57,184 nt of DNA from assembly GCA_051942245.1 (NCBI GenBank), contig JAVECL010000087.1, positions 1-57,184 on the forward strand. The letters are read 5' to 3'. The notes beneath the pieces were generated by a model. It was given only the letters and a program-made list of their open reading frames with translations, had not been told where the DNA came from and did no database searches. Numbering within the stretch: the stretch's first letter is position 1; every line of letters begins with the position of its first letter. The translations under genes were made by a program, and so were the position numbers. This document shows, one piece after another, positions 50,774-57,184 of this stretch. The DNA comes from Trypethelium eluteriae (taxonomy: Eukaryota).

Positions 50774-51361
50774 TGAGTAGAAGCTCCCAATCCCTTGCCA
50801 ACGGTTTGCGAAGTGCTCGCAGAACGTTTGAAATACCTCCGATTCCAAATGGTAGATTAATAGAGTTCAGAGACACAATAGAGTTGTAGATATCTCCTGA
50901 AAAGCTTCTATCCTGTCGCATGCGCACATACTGCCTTTTGCTTTGAATTGCGATCGCGATACTCCGTAATTAGGATTCCATCTTCACCGTCTCTAAGGTA
51001 CCTACAGAGTATCGGCGGGGATGAAGAAGCACGTGATCCGGTCGTGTTCCGGAGTTGACGTGCATCGGCGCTGGATAAGGTAAGCCATCATCAAATGTTC
51101 CTGCTACCAAGCTCACCCAACCTACCTGCAACCCTTCTACTTTCCTTTCGCCATCATCTCCCTCAACTTCGTTCTGTCATCCTACTTGGATTCTAGGTAC
51201 CCTGTTTGTTGTGCTCATCATTCACATCGCGCGGCTCCGCTCACTAGCTTAGCGACTGAGGCTGCATCACGCGATAGACCTCTTACCCTCTCTACCCTTT
51301 CAGCTTTGTCGTTGCATTATCTGGTACTGGCTTCATCAGATTCTCTCCTATCATCTCCGGC

Positions 51362-54300
51362 ATGGTCGGGCTCACTTCTGCTGCTGGCCTCGTTGGCTTT
51401 CTCGCCGAACCGGATCCCCAAGTTCAGACCTATGCGCTGGCACGGTTAAATGAGGACATCGATACCCTATGGACCGAGGTTGCGCCATCAATATCGCAAA
51501 TGTAAGTGCCAGTACAAGGTCGCGTACACCGGCTTTGAAAGGACAGTGCTGAACAGTGCAATAAAACGACCGTTTTCTCGCCCGGTCCTCCCTTGCCACC
51601 ACAGCTTCGTACGAGCTTATGCTAACCGAATACGTTGTTTAGTGAAGCCCTCTACGAAGATGAGTCATTCCCACAACGAGAACTTGCTGCCCTTGTTGCC
51701 TCCAAGGTTTACTACCAGCTGGGTGAATACAACGAGTCCATGGTCTTTGCACTAGGAGCCGGCAAGTTATTTGACCTGGATCACCCTGGAGAATTCGAGG
51801 ACACAATAGTTGCCAAGTGTGTCGATACCTATATTGCTCTTTCAAGTCTCTTCAATCCTCCAAAGCCAGCTTCGTCAGTCACGCAGGAGCTAAACCAGCT
51901 TACAACTTCTTTTCCGTCTGGGACAAATGGAGAAAAGACGAATATCGCAGCCGGACTCTCATCACCAACCACACCTTTTTCGCAATCCAGTTTGCCATCC
52001 AAATCCCTCCTCTCGCGTCAAGATTCCAGTGCATTCGATCCTAGCTTGCCAGGAGGCGGCAATGCTGGAGTACCTGGAGCACACCCTTCCCCTTTGGCTC
52101 TCAATCGAAACACACAAAAAGCTCTTCAGGCTGTGATCAGTCGGTTGTTTGAAGCTTGTTATAGGGCTGGAGCATATCGACAAGTTGTCGGTATTGCGGT
52201 TGAGGCTCGAAATCTTGCCGTACTTCGAGAGGCCATCGTCCGGTCCAGCGAAGATGGAAAGGGCGCTGGCAAGAAACCAGCAGCAATCCGCGACAAGAGT
52301 GAAGATCTGATGGACTACCTCCTGGATATCTGCATGAACGTAGTGCAGGAGCGGGGTTTGAGGAATGAAATCCTACAGCTAATCCTTGATCTTCTAAATC
52401 AGATTCCGAACCCGGACTACTTTGCAATCGCGAAATGTGTCGTCTACCTAAATGAATACTCAATGGCATCGAATATGCTGAGACAACTGGTGGAGCAGGG
52501 CAATGCCAACGCACGAGCTATAGCGTACCAGCTTTCATTTGACCTTTATGATAACGGCACACAGGAGTTTCTTTCAAAAGTCATGGATGAGCTTCCTGAA
52601 GCTGAGGAAAAGAAAGAAGAGAAGCCGCAAATGAACGGCAGTGCACACCACGATAGGCCAGAGCCAACAGAATCGGATCGACTATTATCTGAAGTGGAGA
52701 ATCGGCAAGATAGTACAACATCCCTACCTATTTCTCGAACGAAACAGCGCTCGATTTCAGATGACGAGCGCAAAGTCTATGACTCTGTTCGTCATATCCT
52801 CCGAGGCACGAAAAGCATCGAGCTCAACCTCGAGTTTCTCTACCGAAACAATAAAGCCGATCGGAACATCTTGAATAAGGTCAGGGATAGCCTCGAGGCG
52901 CGGAACTCCATCTTCCATGTCGCAACTACTGTGGCACAGGCTTTCAGTAATGCCGGGACAACTAATGATAGCTTCTTCCGTGACAATCTGGAGTGGCTAG
53001 GGAAAGCTGTCAACTGGTCCAAATTCACAGCGACGGCAGCTTTGGGCGTCCTACACAAAGGGAATATTGGTCAAGGGCAAAAGCTTTTGGAACCATATCT
53101 TCCAAAGGACAGCACGGTTGCTGGCTCAACATACAGTCAAGGTGGCGCGCTCTATGCCCTTGGTCTGATTTACTCTAACCACGGGACACATGTTCTCGAC
53201 TATCTCCGGGATCAATTCAACCGAGCAACGGATGAGGTCGTCCAACACGGCGGTGCCCTTGGACTTGGCGTGGCAGCAATGGCAACTGGAAGTGAAGAAT
53301 TGTTTGACAATCTGAAGTCAACCCTCTACACTGATAGCGCAGTCTCTGGTGAGGCTGTTGGTTTAGCCATGGGTTTAGTCATGCTTGGTTCTGGTAACGA
53401 GAAGGCTGTCACTGACTTACTCCAATAGTAAGCTTCCCCTAGCCTTTACAGACTCGCTCCTTCCCGTTTCATCTTGTATACTAACTCCTCTCCCTTCAAG
53501 TGCGCGCGACACGGCTCACGAGAAGATCGTACGAGGTTGTGCATTGGGTATCGCTGTGACAATGCTTGGCCGGCAAGAGAGCGCAGATAAACTCATTCAA
53601 GGCTTACTAGATGATGCTCAGCCTGCCCTACGGTACTCTGGTGTGTGCACTCTTGCACTCGCCTATTGTGGAACGGGAAGCAATAAAGCAGTGCGCAAAC
53701 TTCTACATGCTGCCGTCAGTGACGTCAGTGATGATGTTCGAAGAATGGCAGTGATGAGTCTAGGCTTCATCCTCTTCAGGAAGCCTTCTGCTGTACCTCG
53801 TATTGTCGAGCTTCTCTCTGAATCATACAATCCACATGTACGCTACGGTGCAGCAATGTGTCTTGGCCTGGCTGCCGCTGGTACTGGCCTGGAGGAAGCC
53901 ATTGATATCCTTGAGCCTATGACGAAAGACTCCCAGGACTTCGTCAGACAGGGCGCATTTCTGGCCAGTGCCTTGATCATGGTTCAACAAAACGAAGCTC
54001 AGAACCCAAAGGCCGGGACAATTAGGAAGACCCTCCAAAAGGTGGTCAGCGACAGGCATGAGGAGGCGATGACTAAATGGGGAGCTTCAGTGAGTCTCGG
54101 CATTCTTGATGCTGGCGGTAGGAATTGTACAATCTCGCTTCAGACGCAAACAGGAAACCTCAACATGAACGGTATTGTGAGTGCGCTCATCTTCACGCAA
54201 TATTGGTACTGGTTTCCCTTTACCCTTTTCCTCTCTGGTGCTATGACTCCTACTGCTATTATTGGCGTCGACCAAGATCTTGAAGTTCCCAGTTTCAAAT

Positions 54301-55070
54301 TTTACAGCGCGACTCGGCCAAGTGTGTTCGGTTACCCACCTGAGCAGGAGGTCAAAACATCAGAGGAGCCTGAGAAGGTGAAAACAGCTGTGCTCTCAAC
54401 GACTGCTCAAGCCAAGAGGAGAAAGCAAGCAAAAGAGAGGCAGGCGCGGAAAGGAAGCATGGATATCGATCATACGCCTACGACTCCCAAACCTACCGAT
54501 GACGACAAAATGGATGTGGACGAAGACACTCAGAGGCCAACGAAAGAAGATAAGGGCGAAGAAGCTATTGCGGATTCGAAGACTGAAGGCGGTGACAAGG
54601 AAGGCACTCCAAATCCCGAGGGTACATCAAAGAAGAAAGCTGAAAAAGAGAAAGTCGGATATGAGCTTGAAAACATGTCTAGAGTTCTTCCAGCACAGCT
54701 CAAATATATTAGCTTTCCCGAGGAGCGATATAGACCTGTGAAGAAGGTATGTTCTAACCTCATTGCAATTTATTGAATGGGCCTAACTTTCGATTAGCCG
54801 ACCGGCGGCGTGATTCTCCTCACAGATAGCAAGCCCTCGGAAGCAAAAAGCTTACTTGAGATGAGATCAAAGAAGGCATCCACACCCGCAGCTCCTGCAA
54901 CAGGCGTCACACAGCAGAGTGGTGAAGCCATTAGTACTTCTGCAACGGGAACAGGGGGCGCCATTGCTGGCGCCGGAGTTCTGACCGCCGTGGACGAAGA
55001 CGATGACGGTGAGGAAGCAGAGGTGCCTCGCGAGTTCGATTATCAGTCTGATAATGAGGGGGAAGAATGA
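51362..55070 (+). CDS. RPN2: 26S proteasome regulatory subunit Rpn2
   Basis: MVGLTSAAGLVGFL start, ALVASKVYY, NWSKFTATAALG, PC repeats, HEKIVRG, DAGGRN and AVLSTT. Introns 51502-51642, 53428-53500 and 54747-54797. Confidence 0.96.
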
Positions 55071-55334
55071 AGAGGTAATAGCATTCAGATGCTTAACTGC
55101 TTGATCTGGCAGTCTTTCTAAGCTCTATTTTGGGTGGCATTGTGTATAACATTCATCTTCCGGCACCCTTTCCCGCGCCATTGAATTACTACGAACACCT
55201 TAGTACACCTTCCTCACACTTGCATTGCATCAGGGACTCCTGGGCGTGACTGGGCAATGGCATCGCAAAGGAAAGAATTTAGACTACCTGGCTTGCTGTT
55301 GATCCTAGCCAGGCGCTGTATAATACATTCACCA

Positions 55335-56942
55335 TTATATTGTGTTCACCATCTCAGCCGATTGCGTCCCGTCTTCGATCGCCCACGCGTCCTTGCTGCT
55401 TCCATCGTCTTCTTCTTCAATGTGATCCTCTCCTTGATCGCCCAGCATTCCACGCCAGATCCTGTCCCACAAGCCTTTCTTCTGCGCCATGGCGAGTACC
55501 AGAATGATAGGAAGATGCCATACGCTTGCCCAAAACAAGCCCCTGGCACTTCCTTGTCCACCTGTTCGCCTCCAAAACCTCCACGCCTCGACTAGCATCC
55601 AGGTATTCACGACTCCGCTGGTCGCGATGAAGCCCCAATCCGTAATTTCGTAATAGCTTAGCCCGAAGCAGAGGGGAAACATGAACAAGGAGTATCTAAA
55701 AGCGATTCTCGCATTCGCTCTCGGAGATACCCAGGCCAGCATACGCAGCCCCGCCGCCTTATACTCATCCTTGATTGTGTGCGAGAGCGCATTGAAATGT
55801 GGGAATTGCCATGCAAACAGCAACGCGGCTAACAGCCAGCCACCAATGCTGCTCCCATCCTGCGGGAACAGAAGCTCCTGCCAGCCCGGGTCAGCAATGC
55901 TGCCATCCACCGACCGATAGCTAGAAGCACACTGCCCAGCTGCTGCGGTCCAACCCATCAGTGGCGGTATCGCGCCTACGAGCGCGCCAGCCCATGTATT
56001 CAGCACGCTCAGCCTCTTTAGGGGGGTATAGACGCCAGCGTAGAGCACGATATTCGTAAAACCCAGGGCCGCGACAGTTGGGTTGACGCCATAGTAGAGG
56101 CCACCGCATCCCAACGTTCCCGCAAGGATGGCAAAGACGAGTGCACCACGTCGTGAGACCAGCCCCCGCACCAATGGCCGATTCCGGGTCCGGCTCATTT
56201 TAGCGTCGCTGTCGGGTTCATAGAGCATGTTGAGGGCATTGGCGCTGCTGCAGGCAAGAGCAGTGCCAGAGGTGAGGAATAATAAGATGAGGGGCGAGAG
56301 AGAAGGGACTGAGGTTGCGGAGGAGAGGAGAATCGAGGGCATGGGATAGATTGCATAGGAGGCGGTAGTAGTGAGCACGATGAGGAAGGAGAGGCGTGGC
56401 TTGGAGAGGGAGAGATAGGCGGCGAGACGGCGGCGAAGGGAGCGGATGGGAAGGTTCGAGGATAGAGTAGAGAGACGAGAAGAGGCATCTGGTGGGAGGT
56501 CTTGGTCGACGGAGGCTTCTTGTTGTCTCTGCTTTAATCTTTTTCTTCGGCGATGTGGATATTCCGCTGGTCCTGGTGGGGATGGCTCGTAGCCTGCGGG
56601 AGACTGGAGATTTCTATCTTGAGGTAAGCCTGCGGTGGATGCAGTCCTCACTTTTGGAGACGTTCGCGCGTCGTCTGTACGCTTGGATGCAAATGAATAC
56701 GTATAGCCTCTGCCCTTCGAATCAGAGATCAGTTCTCGCAACAATCCGTTAGCAGAGAAATATTCTCTCCAAAAGATAGCTTTCCTCGGTCGTAAGCTAG
56801 CGAGAGTGTTTTTGGTGGAAGGGGTATTCGAAAAGGATCGCCTGGGCTGCAGCGATACGTCGGACAGCTTTCGGAGGCATTGTGCGCATATGCCACCGAA
56901 TTCCCGAGTTGCAGGCCTGCGCAGACGTGGACCTAATATCAT
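55335..56942 (-). CDS. COX10: Protoheme IX farnesyltransferase (heme O synthase), mitochondrial
   Basis: LSKPRL, ANALNM..DAKMSRTRNRPLVRG, YTPLKR, GAIPPLMGW and WQFPHFNAL motifs; Arg-rich presequence. Confidence 0.95.
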   Translation of the reverse strand: MILGPRLRRPATREFGGICAQCLRKLSDVSLQPRRSFSNTPSTKNTLASLRPRKAIFWREYFSANGLLRELISDSKGRGYTYSFASKRTDDARTSPKVRTASTAGLPQDRNLQSPAGYEPSPPGPAEYPHRRRKRLKQRQQEASVDQDLPPDASSRLSTLSSNLPIRSLRRRLAAYLSLSKPRLSFLIVLTTTASYAIYPMPSILLSSATSVPSLSPLILLFLTSGTALACSSANALNMLYEPDSDAKMSRTRNRPLVRGLVSRRGALVFAILAGTLGCGGLYYGVNPTVAALGFTNIVLYAGVYTPLKRLSVLNTWAGALVGAIPPLMGWTAAAGQCASSYRSVDGSIADPGWQELLFPQDGSSIGGWLLAALLFAWQFPHFNALSHTIKDEYKAAGLRMLAWVSPRANARIAFRYSLFMFPLCFGLSYYEITDWGFIATSGVVNTWMLVEAWRFWRRTGGQGSARGLFWASVWHLPIILVLAMAQKKGLWDRIWRGMLGDQGEDHIEEEDDGSSKDAWAIEDGTQSAEMVNTI

Positions 56943-57184
56943 CGAGGAGTAGAGGCAACGCCTGTCGTGCGAAGATTGTCATGCTCAGGCTTTGAGAAAT
57001 TGTCCCGGATTCGGCATTCCGTCGCTTATGTAAGAATGGTACTGTAACGTGTTTCACAAGTGAGCTGATCACCCGGGCGAGCTGATCAACCCCACCACGC
57101 GTCGCGCGTACGAACCTTTAATTCTCAATTGACAACCATGCAAGCTTCTAATAAGTCTAATCTTGAGGGAAGACTTTTATTAGC

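Noticed and set aside
57062..57088. GAGCTGATCA direct repeat upstream of COX10
   Set aside because: Two 10-mers only; no known motif can be assigned.
1..57184. tRNA, rRNA, snoRNA, CRISPR arrays, transposase/RT ORFs, PKS/NRPS backbone genes
   Set aside because: None recognised by eye; small ncRNAs cannot be excluded without tRNAscan-SE or Rfam scans.

Overview
This is eukaryotic nuclear DNA from a filamentous ascomycete (Pezizomycotina-type genes, short GT/GC-AG introns with CTRAC/CTAAC branch points). The left edge is a perfect 119-bp inverted repeat (1-251) followed by two telomere-type CCCTAA units. A gene-sparse zone of about 15 kb follows, with decayed gene fragments and three secreted enzymes: a PAF-acetylhydrolase-like hydrolase, a FAD-linked oxidoreductase and a CE15 glucuronoyl esterase. 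The middle holds an ABCB/MDR transporter, a type-B carboxylesterase/lipase and a compact block of ketopantoate-reductase-like, MDR enoyl-reductase-like, Zn2Cys6 TF, AhpD/Pxp2-like, 3-oxoacid CoA-transferase and DHA1 MFS genes. Two of these end in PTS1-type signals, which makes the block the best candidate for an undescribed regulated pathway. Next come an alkaline ceramidase, an SDR and a cupin. The right end carries CET1, a GST broken by one in-frame TGA, a divergent 11-exon glutamine-dependent NAD+ synthetase, RPN2 and COX10. Exon structures were worked out by hand and family calls come from motif recognition; no database searches were run.
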